Shown in pieces: positions 25,831 to 34,727 of a DNA stretch of 64,000 nt (within the stretch, counting starts at the first letter, position 1; each line of letters opens with the position of its first letter). Location of the stretch: assembly GCA_021205755.1 (NCBI GenBank), contig JAJPWX010000036.1:26315-90314 (forward strand). The letters run 5' to 3'. The notes below the pieces were generated by a model that worked only from the letters and a program-made list of their open reading frames with translations, ran no database searches and had not been told where the DNA came from. The translations under genes were made by a program, and so were the position numbers. This stretch comes from Lachnospiraceae bacterium. GTDB lineage: Bacteria > Bacillota > Clostridia > Lachnospirales > Lachnospiraceae.

Positions 25831-26571
25831 TCAGATCCCCATTCCGCCATCCACGGAAATCACCTGTCCGGTAATGTAAGCCGCCTTATCCGATGCCAGA
25901 AACGCGACCGCTTCCGCGATATCCTGCGGCTGACCAATCCTTCCCAGCGGAATCTGTGTCAGCATTGCTGTTTTCTGCGCATCCGTGAGCACCGCCGTCA
26001 TATCTGTCTCTACATAACCCGGCGCCACCGCATTGACGGTAATCCCGCGGCTCGCCAGCTCCTTTGCCAGGCTCTTCGTCATGCCAACCACACCCGCTTT
26101 CGCAGCGCTGTAGTTGATCTGACCGGCATTGCCATGCAGGCCGACGATGGAAGAAAGGCTGATGATTCTGCCGTAGCGCTTGCGCAGCATCTGCTTCGCG
26201 GCCAGCTTCATGCAGAAAAAAGTACCCTTCAGATTCGTGCCAATAACCTTATCAAAATCCTCTTCGCTCACGCGCATAGCCAGGTTGTCCCGTGTGATAC
26301 CTGCATTGTTCACCAGGATATCCGGTGCGCCAAGCTGATCCGTCACTTCTTTGAACATCCGCTCACAGTCTGCCTGCGAGGAAATGTCCGCCTGGATAAT
26401 CATCGCGCGTCTTCCGAGCGCCTGAATCTCATCAGCCACTTCCTGTGCTTTCGCCGCAGAACCACAGTAATTCACCGCCACATCCGCGCCGTACCCGGCA
26501 AGCGTCAGCGCAATGGCACGGCCGATTCCTCTGCTCGCGCCTGTCACAAGTGCGATTTTTCCTTCCAACAT
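25831..26571 (-). CDS. fabG: 3-oxoacyl-ACP reductase FabG
   Basis: Trimmed to [21 protein letters not shown] (SDR cofactor motif). YSAAKAG catalytic motif. GGAGG RBS. Confidence 0.95.
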   Translation of the reverse strand: MLEGKIALVTGASRGIGRAIALTLAGYGADVAVNYCGSAAKAQEVADEIQALGRRAMIIQADISSQADCERMFKEVTDQLGAPDILVNNAGITRDNLAMRVSEEDFDKVIGTNLKGTFFCMKLAAKQMLRKRYGRIISLSSIVGLHGNAGQINYSAAKAGVVGMTKSLAKELASRGITVNAVAPGYVETDMTAVLTDAQKTAMLTQIPLGRIGQPQDIAEAVAFLASDKAAYITGQVISVDGGMGI

Positions 26572-26657
26572 ATCTATTCTTTCCTCCGCAGCTGCTTTTT
26601 GCTGAGGCAGCTGCTTTCTTTCATTATAAACCATCTGGCCAGGATCGGTACCGTTAT

Positions 26658-27620
26658 TTACAGCACACTCTTTACCGCATCCAGATCTTCCGGCTTTTCA
26701 ATATGCAGCGCCCTCACCGTTTTATCGATCTTCTTCATGAAATTTGTAAGCGTTGTTCCCGGTCCGATCTCAATAAACGTATCGGCTCCGGCCGCAATCA
26801 TGTATTCCACGCTCTGCTGCCAACGCACCGAAGAACACACTTGCCGTCCGAGCAGGCTGCGAATCTCTTCCGGATCACTGACTGGCTCAGCCGTCACGTT
26901 TGAGAGTACCAGAATCTCCGGCTTCCGAATCTCCTGATCTGCAAGCAGCACAGCAAGCTTTTCTCCTGCGCCGGAAAGCATCGGTGAATGGAACGGCCCG
27001 CTCACTACAAGCGGTACCGCTCTGCTTGCCCCCGCTTCCAGAAGCTTCGCCGCTGCCGCGTCAACCGCGCTCTTTTCGCCGGAAATCACCTGCTGTCCCG
27101 GACAATTGTAATTTGCTACACTCACCTGTCCGTCAATAGACGCACAGATCTCCTCAATCGGAATCGGCTTCCGGCTCAGAATCGCCGTCATCGCCCCGCC
27201 GGTCGGCACTGCTTCTTCCATATAAATACCGCGCTGGCAGACAATGCGAACCGCATCCGAAACAGAAAATGTCCCGGCTGCCGTCAACGCACAATACTCG
27301 CCAAGGCTTAAGCCTGCGGCCATATCGGCCACAATCCCAGCCTTTTGTACTGCAGCGAGAATCGCCAGACTCGCCGTCAGCAGTACCGGCTGCGTGTACC
27401 GGGTCTGATTGATTTTCGTATTCGGAACACGTCCATCCTCCCCGGCCTGGCTGTCATCCGGCAGCGTCTCCGAAAAGCAGATCTCTTCAATTGAATACCC
27501 GGCTGCTGCAGAGGCGGTTTCAAAAACCTCGCGGCTCTCCGGACACGAATCATAAAACTCCCGGGCCATTCCGACACGCTGTGCGCCCTGACCCGGAAAT
27601 ACAAATGCAATTTTACCCAT
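26658..27620 (-). CDS. fabD: Malonyl CoA-ACP transacylase FabD
   Basis: FPGQGAQ and GLSLGEY motifs, 320 aa. Confidence 0.95.
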   Translation of the reverse strand: MGKIAFVFPGQGAQRVGMAREFYDSCPESREVFETASAAAGYSIEEICFSETLPDDSQAGEDGRVPNTKINQTRYTQPVLLTASLAILAAVQKAGIVADMAAGLSLGEYCALTAAGTFSVSDAVRIVCQRGIYMEEAVPTGGAMTAILSRKPIPIEEICASIDGQVSVANYNCPGQQVISGEKSAVDAAAAKLLEAGASRAVPLVVSGPFHSPMLSGAGEKLAVLLADQEIRKPEILVLSNVTAEPVSDPEEIRSLLGRQVCSSVRWQQSVEYMIAAGADTFIEIGPGTTLTNFMKKIDKTVRALHIEKPEDLDAVKSVL

Positions 27621-27636
27621 TCTTTCTCCTCAAACG

Positions 27637-28560
27637 TTATCTTCCAAGCAGCGCTTCCGCCTGACTCATGATCTCCTCAATCATTTCCTGGCAGGTCTGC
27701 TCTTTATTCACCATGCCAGCGATCTGTCCGCACATCATAGAACCTCCGGTCACATCGCCCTCCTGCACTGCCTTACGCAGAGAGCCAACCGTCAGCGTCT
27801 CCAGTTCCTCGAACGAGCAGCCTTCCTTCTCCATCGCCAGATATTTGCGTGTCATCTGGTTGCGGATCTGACGGCATGGATGTCCGACGGAACGCGCGGT
27901 CACAACCGTATCGATATCTTTCGCCTTAAGCACCTGATTCTTATAGTTCTGGTGAATCACACATTCCTTCGACACCAGGAAACGCGTTCCCATCTGCACG
28001 CCGGCTGCGCCAAGCATCATTGCCGCAGCAAAGCCTCTGCCGTCCGCAATTCCGCCAGCCGCAATCACCGGGATCGTGACCCCGTCCACGACCTGCGGCA
28101 CCAGCGTCATCGTCGTGCTCTCACCGATATGACCGCCCGACTCACAGCCTTCCGCGATCACCGCATCTGCGCCGCCGCGCTGCATCATCTTTGCAAGCGC
28201 CACACTTGCCACCACCGGAATCACTTTAATCCCGGCGCCTTTCCACTGCTCCATATACGTACCCGGATTCCCCGCACCGGTCGTCACCACTGCGACTTTT
28301 TCTTCCGTCACTACCTGCGCGACTTCCGCCGCATACGGACTTAGCAGCATAATATTCACACCGAACGGCTTATCCGTTTTTTCTTTCGTCAGACGAATCT
28401 GCTCTCGCACATAATCCGCCGGAGCATTGCCAGCCGCAATAATTCCCAATCCGCCCGCGTTCGAGACAGCTGAGGCAAGGGAATTTTCAGCTACCCACGC
28501 CATGCCGCCCTGAAAAATCGGGTACTCGATCCCCAGTAATTCTGTAATAGCAGTCTTCAT
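27637..28560 (-). CDS. fabK: Enoyl-ACP reductase II FabK (FMN-dependent, NPD family)
   Basis: MKTAITELLGIEYPIFQGGMAWVAENSLASAVSNAGGLGII...KPFGVNIMLLSP closely parallels streptococcal FabK. Lies between acpP and fabD. Confidence 0.9.
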   Translation of the reverse strand: MKTAITELLGIEYPIFQGGMAWVAENSLASAVSNAGGLGIIAAGNAPADYVREQIRLTKEKTDKPFGVNIMLLSPYAAEVAQVVTEEKVAVVTTGAGNPGTYMEQWKGAGIKVIPVVASVALAKMMQRGGADAVIAEGCESGGHIGESTTMTLVPQVVDGVTIPVIAAGGIADGRGFAAAMMLGAAGVQMGTRFLVSKECVIHQNYKNQVLKAKDIDTVVTARSVGHPCRQIRNQMTRKYLAMEKEGCSFEELETLTVGSLRKAVQEGDVTGGSMMCGQIAGMVNKEQTCQEMIEEIMSQAEALLGR

Positions 28561-28793
28561 TATTCCTCAATTCCTTTCGCACTCAGATAATTCATAACAG
28601 ACTGTACGGTTGTCAGCTGCTCCAGATCTTCCGTGGGGATCTCGATATCATACTCTTCCTCGAGAGCCATCACCAGTTCAAACAAGTCCAGCGAATCTGC
28701 ACTTAAGTCTGCCTTAAAATCAGTTTCCGGTCTAATCTCTTCCTCTGATACATGAAGCTGCTCTGCTACGATTTCGATTAATTTCTCCTGCAT
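28560..28793 (-). CDS. acpP: Acyl carrier protein
   Basis: Trimmed to MQEKLIEIVAEQLHV... (77 aa) with phosphopantetheine site LSADSLDLFELVMALEEEYD. The stop overlaps the fabK start by 1 nt. Confidence 0.95.
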   Translation of the reverse strand: MQEKLIEIVAEQLHVSEEEIRPETDFKADLSADSLDLFELVMALEEEYDIEIPTEDLEQLTTVQSVMNYLSAKGIEE

Positions 28794-28852
28794 GATAAAT
28801 GTTCTCCTTTTTTGTAAATAATTTTGCTCATTCGCCCTTATCATGGCCACTT

Positions 28853-29164
28853 TCAGGCGTGATGCTCTCCTCCAAATGCCGCAAAATGCCGCATACATGC
28901 AAACACTGCAATACCGGCAACTGCTGCGGAACAGGCTGCTGCTAATCCAGAAATAGCCACAACAATTCTCCAGTTTGTTTGTTTGCGGGGCTCTGCTCCC
29001 GGTTCTGGCGGTAGATTCGGCTCTGCCAAATCCGATAAAACTATCTCCAGATCCTGCTCCGGTATCTGGTCCTCCAGAAAAGACGGACTAATCTCACTCA
29101 ACATGCAGACCAGCCACTCGGAAAACGTATCCGTATTCCTTGCGTCTTCTTTCTTAGCATCCAT
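28853..29164 (-). CDS. Small single-pass membrane protein, putative anti-sigma factor
   Basis: 103 aa, GGAGG RBS, starts 21 nt after the sigma gene stop. Cytoplasmic acidic N-domain, one TM (WRIVVAISGLAAACSAAVAGIAVFAC), and only about 12 residues outside. No HxxxCxxC zinc motif. Confidence 0.55.
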   Translation of the reverse strand: MDAKKEDARNTDTFSEWLVCMLSEISPSFLEDQIPEQDLEIVLSDLAEPNLPPEPGAEPRKQTNWRIVVAISGLAAACSAAVAGIAVFACMRHFAAFGGEHHA

Positions 29165-29185
29165 CCTGCCACCTCCTGTTCCCTT

Positions 29186-29767
29186 TCATTGGCGCGACTT
29201 TAAATGGCGCGGCTCGCTCTCCCGCTCATATCGCTTCCGGATTTTTTTCTTCAGTCGCGATAGCCTGCTGTCTACGGCATTCTCCGACATCTGCATCGCC
29301 TCAGCGATCTGCCGGGTGCTCTGCAGATAGTAAAATCGCCGCAGAACCAGCTCACGGTCTTTCTTTTTCAGGTCATTCAGCACTCGTTCCAATGCCTGAA
29401 CTTCTTCCTGAAAAATCATTCTCCGCTCGGGATTGTTCGAGTCATCCATGCTCCCGGGGCGCAGCGGATCTTCTTCCCCGGTTTCTTCAAACTCTTCCCG
29501 CCTGCTGGCTTTCCGCAAATAGTTCAGTGCTGTATTGCGCGTGATCGCTTTCAGCCAGGTGCGCAGCGACGCCTTTTCCAGGTCAAACTCCACGCCATGC
29601 GTCCAAACCTTCAAATAGACGTCATTGATGCATTCCTCAACCTCTGTCTCGCGGTCGCGAAGAATGGTCACTGCTATGTACCGGAGCAGCCGCTCATAAC
29701 GTTCCGCGATCAGCTCTATGCTTTTTTGATCCCGCTCACGAAGCAGCGCGACAATGTCTTCATCCAT
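29186..29767 (-). CDS. RNA polymerase sigma factor, sigma-70 family ECF-type
   Basis: Region 2 (ECINDVYLKVWTHGVEFD...SLRTWLKAITRNTALNYLRK) and region 4 (RELVLRRFYYLQSTRQIAEAMQMSENAVDSRLSRLKKKI). Start moved to the second ATG, 9 nt after AAGGAG. Confidence 0.85.
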   Translation of the reverse strand: MDEDIVALLRERDQKSIELIAERYERLLRYIAVTILRDRETEVEECINDVYLKVWTHGVEFDLEKASLRTWLKAITRNTALNYLRKASRREEFEETGEEDPLRPGSMDDSNNPERRMIFQEEVQALERVLNDLKKKDRELVLRRFYYLQSTRQIAEAMQMSENAVDSRLSRLKKKIRKRYERESEPRHLKSRQ

Positions 29768-29843
29768 CCGGCACATCTCCTTTACTTATACACACGAAAC
29801 CGAAAAATCTTGCAGATTTTTTTTAAACGAGGTGTCATGATTT

Positions 29844-29871
29844 ATTCTAAACATCTTTTTCTCTTTGTCAA
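29844..29871 (-). promoter_or_regulatory. Candidate sigma-A promoter TTGACA-16-TAGAAT upstream of the ECF sigma gene
   Basis: Minus-strand hexamers at 29871-29866 and 29849-29844, about 75 nt upstream of the ATG at 29767. Confidence 0.4.
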
Positions 29872-30044
29872 TATTTGTTTCTCGTTACAGTCACCCCTCT
29901 GACCACTTTTCTGTTCTTTTTTCCCCTGCAGGCAATTTACCACAATATTTCATTCCGTTTCAGATAGAAAGAATGATTTGTCACTTTTCAAATTGCACTT
30001 TCTGCGGTAGAATGATGGCGTAGTTACAACGATGTGAGGATTTT

Positions 30045-32705
30045 ATGATGAACGAAAAAGCATTAAAAGTATTGGAATACAACAAAATCATCCAGCGCCT
30101 GGCAGATTTTGCCGGTTCGCAGCCGGGCAAGGAGCGTTGCCGTGCCCTCGTCCCGTCCGATGACCTGGAAGAAATCCAGCGGATGCAGCGCGAGACTTCG
30201 GATGCGGTTAGCCGCACCCTGCGCAAAGGCCGGATCTCTTTTTCCGGTCTCAGCGACATCCGCGGTTCCCTGCGGCGTCTGGAGGTGGGAAGTTCCCTGA
30301 ATATAGAAGAGCTGCTGCGGATTTGTACCGTGATGGAGACGACCGCGCGCGTGAAAAACTGGGCAAAAAATGATGGCAGAAAAAGTGCGGTTCCCGTTCC
30401 GCCGCGGCAGAATCCCCACCCGCAGGAAAAACGTCGAAACGACTCTGACACAGCAGAGCTCACATCCATCGACGCACCGGACGATTCCCTGGCGCAGATG
30501 TTTGCAGACCTGCAGCCGCTCACCCAGGTTGCGAACGAGATCCGGCGCTGTATTCTTTCCGAGGAAGAGATCAGCGATGACGCCAGCTCCGGCCTGCGGC
30601 AGGTACGGCGGCAGATGCGGTCTGTAAACGAGCGCATCCATTCTTCTCTTTCTTCCTATTTGAATGGACCGTCCCGAACCTACCTGCAGGACGCGGTGAT
30701 TACGCAGCGCAGCGGCCGCTACTGCATTCCGGTGAAGGCCGAACACCGCGGCCAGGTACCGGGCATGATCCACGACCAGTCCTCAAGCGGCTCCACACTC
30801 TTCGTTGAGCCGATGGCTGTAGTAAAGCTGAACAACGATCTGCGAGAGCTGGAGATCCGAGAGCAGAAAGAAATCGAGGTTGTACTGGCAAATTTAAGCG
30901 CAGAGGTTGGGGCGCACACAGAAGCCCTGAATTACAACGTCCTGCTTCTGACGGAACTGGATTTCATTTTTGCGCGCGCACAGCTTTCTCTCTCTTACCG
31001 TGGTTCGGAACCAGATTTCAACACAGAAGGACGGATCAACATCAAAAAAGGCCGCCATCCGCTGCTGGATCCGAAAACGGTTGTTCCTGTAGACATCCGT
31101 CTCGGCGACGAGTTCACGCTGCTGGTCATCTCTGGGCCGAACACCGGTGGTAAGACCGTTTCTCTGAAAACCGTGGGACTGTTCACGCTGCTCGGGCAAG
31201 CCGGATTGCATATCCCGGCGCTGGATCATTCCGAGCTCTCTGTTTTCAGCGAAGTCTATGCGGACATCGGCGACGAACAGAGCATTGAGCAAAGCCTGAG
31301 TACGTTTTCCTCCCATATGACCAATATCGTTTCCTTTTTAAACGCGATGGACGAACGGGACGCGCAGACATGGAAGTCTGTTTCCGATCGTTCTGCCACC
31401 GTTCAGGAATCCCTACGTGGCCGGACAATTTCCTGGGATAATGGAACGGATGATCGGACCGCCGGGGAACGCTCCTTAGTCCTTTTCGACGAGCTCGGCG
31501 CAGGCACAGACCCCACCGAAGGCGCCGCCCTGGCAATCGCGATTCTCTCGAATCTGCACAGCCGCGGCGTCCGCACAATTGCCACAACACACTACAGTGA
31601 GCTGAAGGTTTACGCTCTTTCTACCCCCGGCGTAGAAAATGGCTGCTGCGAATTTGACGTTGAAACGCTGCGCCCGACTTACCGCCTGCTGATCGGGGTA
31701 CCTGGCAAGAGCAACGCGTTCGCCATCTCTGAAAAGCTTGGCTTGCCAGACTACATCATTGAAGATGCCAAAACACACCTCACCACGCAGGACGAAGCGT
31801 TTGAAGACGTCATCACCAGCCTGGAAAACAGCCGCGTAACGATCGAACGGGAGCGGGAAGAAATCGCACGTTACAAACAAGAGGTCGAGGAGCTGAAAAC
31901 CCGCCTTTCCCAAAAGGAAGGCCGTCTCGATGAAAGCCGTGACGCAATCCTTTCGAAAGCCCGCGAGGAAGCACGCGATATCCTGCGCGAAGCCAAGGAT
32001 TACGCAGACGAAACCATCCGGAAATTCAATAAGCTGGGGTCGGAATCCGATGCTTCCCGCAAGATGGAACAGGAACGCGCGAAGCTCCGCGAAAAGATGT
32101 CTGACAATGACAAAAAGCTTGGCCTCAAAACAGATAAAAAGCCAAAGAAAGAACTGACCGGTAAAGATCTGCGCGTTGGCGACAGTGTACGGGTTTTGAG
32201 CCTGAACCTGAGCGGCACCGTCAGCACGCTCCCGGATGCAAAGGGAAACCTCTTCGTCCAGATGGGGATCCTGCGCTCACAGGTAAATATCAAAGACCTG
32301 GAAAAGCTGGACGACGAGCCGCTCACCTCCGTTTACGGCAAGGGAAAATCCTCCGGAGGCAAAAAGTCTTCCGGAGGCTCTGCCCAGTCGGGCGGTTCCG
32401 CTTCCTCCGGGTCTGCCGGCCGCTCCGCCGACCAGGGCGTGCAGAACTCCAAGAGCTACAACATCCGCTCCGAGATCAACCTGATCGGCAAGACAACCGA
32501 TGAAGCGCTCGCAGAACTGGACAAATATATGGACGATGCCTGCCTCGCCCATCTTTCTCCCATCCGCATCGTCCATGGCAAGGGCAGCGGCATCCTGCGC
32601 AAGGCGGTGCACCAATACCTGCGCAGGCAGAGCTACGTTGCGTCTTATCGCCTCGGCGTATTCGGGGAAGGCGATTCCGGCGTCACGATCGTGGAGTTAA
32701 AATGA
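30045..32705 (+). CDS. mutS2: Endonuclease MutS2 (MutS domain plus C-terminal Smr)
   Basis: Walker A GPNTGGKT, LVLFDELGAGTDP, C-terminal Smr (LIGKTTDEALAELDKYMDDA...IVHGKGSGILRKAV). 886 aa, which by my recollection is longer than typical MutS2 because of several low-complexity inserts. Confidence 0.9.
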   Translation: MMNEKALKVLEYNKIIQRLADFAGSQPGKERCRALVPSDDLEEIQRMQRETSDAVSRTLRKGRISFSGLSDIRGSLRRLEVGSSLNIEELLRICTVMETTARVKNWAKNDGRKSAVPVPPRQNPHPQEKRRNDSDTAELTSIDAPDDSLAQMFADLQPLTQVANEIRRCILSEEEISDDASSGLRQVRRQMRSVNERIHSSLSSYLNGPSRTYLQDAVITQRSGRYCIPVKAEHRGQVPGMIHDQSSSGSTLFVEPMAVVKLNNDLRELEIREQKEIEVVLANLSAEVGAHTEALNYNVLLLTELDFIFARAQLSLSYRGSEPDFNTEGRINIKKGRHPLLDPKTVVPVDIRLGDEFTLLVISGPNTGGKTVSLKTVGLFTLLGQAGLHIPALDHSELSVFSEVYADIGDEQSIEQSLSTFSSHMTNIVSFLNAMDERDAQTWKSVSDRSATVQESLRGRTISWDNGTDDRTAGERSLVLFDELGAGTDPTEGAALAIAILSNLHSRGVRTIATTHYSELKVYALSTPGVENGCCEFDVETLRPTYRLLIGVPGKSNAFAISEKLGLPDYIIEDAKTHLTTQDEAFEDVITSLENSRVTIEREREEIARYKQEVEELKTRLSQKEGRLDESRDAILSKAREEARDILREAKDYADETIRKFNKLGSESDASRKMEQERAKLREKMSDNDKKLGLKTDKKPKKELTGKDLRVGDSVRVLSLNLSGTVSTLPDAKGNLFVQMGILRSQVNIKDLEKLDDEPLTSVYGKGKSSGGKKSSGGSAQSGGSASSGSAGRSADQGVQNSKSYNIRSEINLIGKTTDEALAELDKYMDDACLAHLSPIRIVHGKGSGILRKAVHQYLRRQSYVASYRLGVFGEGDSGVTIVELK

Positions 32706-32709
32706 AAGA

Positions 32710-32743
32710 AACCGTTCAGAATCGCCTGTTGTTCTGAGCGGTT
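32710..32743. repeat. Palindromic element AACCGTTCAGAA-tcgcctgttg-TTCTGAGCGGTT just after mutS2 and before the regulator gene
   Basis: 12-bp stem with one G-U pair. Both arms recur at 33519..33567 on the other side of the regulator gene. Confidence 0.65.
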
Positions 32744-32765
32744 ACAAATTTAAAGAAGGGATTTT

Positions 32766-33473
32766 ATGACAGAACAGCAGAAAATAATGATCGCGGATCC
32801 GGATGAGGCCTCCGCGCAGCTGACGACATTTTATCTGACACAGGCGCTCTATGAGACAAAGACCGTCTCTGACGTAAGCCGGATCACTTCAGAATGTCTT
32901 CTTTTCCAACCAGACCTGGTTCTTATGGAAGTGATCTTTCCAGACACGGAAAACTTCCAGGCCTGTAAAGAACTGCGAAAGCAATCGGATGTCCCCGTCA
33001 TCCTTCTTTCATCCGCATATGAGGTGACGGATCGCGTGCAAGGTCTGGATCTCGGCGCGGATGATTACCTGGCAAAACCCTATGATGCACGTGAAATGCT
33101 CTCCCGCATCCGCGCTGTCCTGCGCCGCTATCATCCGCCGGAATCCGCCCCCGCAGAGGAGATTGAGACCGGAGACTGCGTCAAATATCCGGATCTGACG
33201 GTCAGCCTGACCAATTATTCCGTCATTTATCAGGGAAAGATGATCGATGTGCCGCCAAAGGAGCTGGAACTGCTCTATTTTCTGGCCTCCTCACCGAACC
33301 AGGTGTTCTCCAGGGAACAGCTGCTGGACCGTCTCTGGGGATTTGATTACATGGGAGACACCCGCACGGTGGACGTACATATCAAACGCCTCCGTGAAAA
33401 ATTCAAGGCAAACAAATACTGGTCCATCAAGACCGTATGGGGCGTCGGTTATAAATTTGAAGTAAAGAAATAA
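32766..33473 (+). CDS. OmpR/PhoB-family response regulator, atypical (Glu at the phospho-acceptor position), orphan
   Basis: Receiver plus winged-helix domains (ADDYLAKPYD; RLWGFDYMGDTRTVDVHIKRLREKF). The usual D in PDLxLLDxxLP reads PDLVLMEVIFP (E55, codon 32928-32930). No histidine kinase gene nearby. Confidence 0.85.
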   Translation: MTEQQKIMIADPDEASAQLTTFYLTQALYETKTVSDVSRITSECLLFQPDLVLMEVIFPDTENFQACKELRKQSDVPVILLSSAYEVTDRVQGLDLGADDYLAKPYDAREMLSRIRAVLRRYHPPESAPAEEIETGDCVKYPDLTVSLTNYSVIYQGKMIDVPPKELELLYFLASSPNQVFSREQLLDRLWGFDYMGDTRTVDVHIKRLREKFKANKYWSIKTVWGVGYKFEVKK

Positions 33474-33518
33474 GAAAGACTTCATTTTTTATAGAAAAGG
33501 GTGTGATAAAATGCGGAT

Positions 33519-33567
33519 AACCGTTCAGAACCAAAGCATAGACCTGTGGCCTGCTGTTCTGAGTAAC
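33519..33567. repeat. Palindromic element AACCGTTCAGAAC-(24 nt)-GTTCTGAGTAAC just after the regulator gene
   Basis: Shares AACCGTTCAGAA and CTG(C/T)TGTTCTGAG with 32710..32743. Followed by GTAACTGT-aaatgtgagc-ACAG (33563-33584). Confidence 0.6.
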
Positions 33568-33636
33568 TGTAAATGTGAGCACAGGCATTTTAGCCGGAAC
33601 AGAATCGAGCATTCTCCGGCAGAAAGGAAGGGATTT

Positions 33637-34701
33637 ATGAAAAAGACTCATTTTTTACACACTGTACTTATCCTACTGAGTATCTGCCTGATGGGTGCAT
33701 TTTCCATGACAGCCCTGGCAGTGAACGAGCGCTGGGAGAGTACTACCTCCCGCGATGAGAACAACAACATCTGCATCGAATTCGAAGAAGTTCAGGTCGT
33801 GCTGCCCTCCAGTTGGGCGGGCAAGGTGCAGATGAATATTTCATCCGATTATGTCAGCTTTTACCACATCGGCTCCCGCAATGCCTGGACAGAAGAGCTG
33901 GGTTATGACAACGGCGGCCACCTTTTCACAATCGCTTACACGGAGGACACTGACTACCTCGATCTTCCAAGCTACATGGTAATCGGGTACACCTCAGAAG
34001 GAACTTATTATGCGGAGTTCCCGACAGACTATCAGGCCTATACCGGAGATTCCAGTATCGAAGAGGAGTATAATTCTCTCTCTGCTGATATGGACTGGGT
34101 CAAAGCAAACCTGACTCTGACCATCGATGTTATCATTGAAATTGATTCCGAGTACATTTTCGAAGACAGCGCCTCCACGTATCTGACCGAAAGTGACCTT
34201 TCCGGCCTGACCGCCGATGAGGTGCAGATGGCGATCAACGAAATCTATGCACGGCATCATCGAACCTTCTACCTCGATGACGTTCAGGAATACTTTGATT
34301 CAAAATCCTGGTACTACGGCTTTATTGAGCCAGATGACTTTGACGTCAGTGTGATGAATACCTACGAATCAGCAAACATCAATCTCATGGTAGACTATCT
34401 CGCCAACCACGATTTCAGCGCAGATGCCAGCGCGGACGAATACATTCTTCCGACAAGTTCCACCGCGTACCTGACCTCCAGTGACCTTACTGGTATGACC
34501 GCTGACGAGCTGCAGATGGCAATCAATGAAATTTACGCGCGGCACGGGCGCAGATTCAACACAGCCAGCATCCAGGAATACTTTGATTCAAAGTCCTGGT
34601 ATAGCGGCACCATCTCACCTGAAAGCTTTGACACCAGCGTACTGAACAGCTACGAGACCTCGAATATTAACTTGCTGCTGCAGACAAAAGAAGCGCGGTA
34701 A
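33637..34701 (+). CDS. Secreted YARHG-domain protein (two YARHG repeats)
   Basis: Trimmed to MKKTHFLHTVLILLSICLMGAFSMTALA (signal peptide). Two copies of INEIYARHxRxF...QEYFDSKSWY. Confidence 0.85.
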   Translation: MKKTHFLHTVLILLSICLMGAFSMTALAVNERWESTTSRDENNNICIEFEEVQVVLPSSWAGKVQMNISSDYVSFYHIGSRNAWTEELGYDNGGHLFTIAYTEDTDYLDLPSYMVIGYTSEGTYYAEFPTDYQAYTGDSSIEEEYNSLSADMDWVKANLTLTIDVIIEIDSEYIFEDSASTYLTESDLSGLTADEVQMAINEIYARHHRTFYLDDVQEYFDSKSWYYGFIEPDDFDVSVMNTYESANINLMVDYLANHDFSADASADEYILPTSSTAYLTSSDLTGMTADELQMAINEIYARHGRRFNTASIQEYFDSKSWYSGTISPESFDTSVLNSYETSNINLLLQTKEAR

Positions 34702-34727
34702 CTGTCCAGTACCTTCACAGTTACTGG
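34698..34727. repeat. Copy 2 of the conserved hairpin element (GTAACTGT-ccagtaccttc-ACAGTTAC-TGG) between convergent genes
   Basis: The stop codons of both flanking genes lie inside the arms (TAA at 34699-34701 on plus; TAA at 34723-34721 on minus). Confidence 0.7.
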
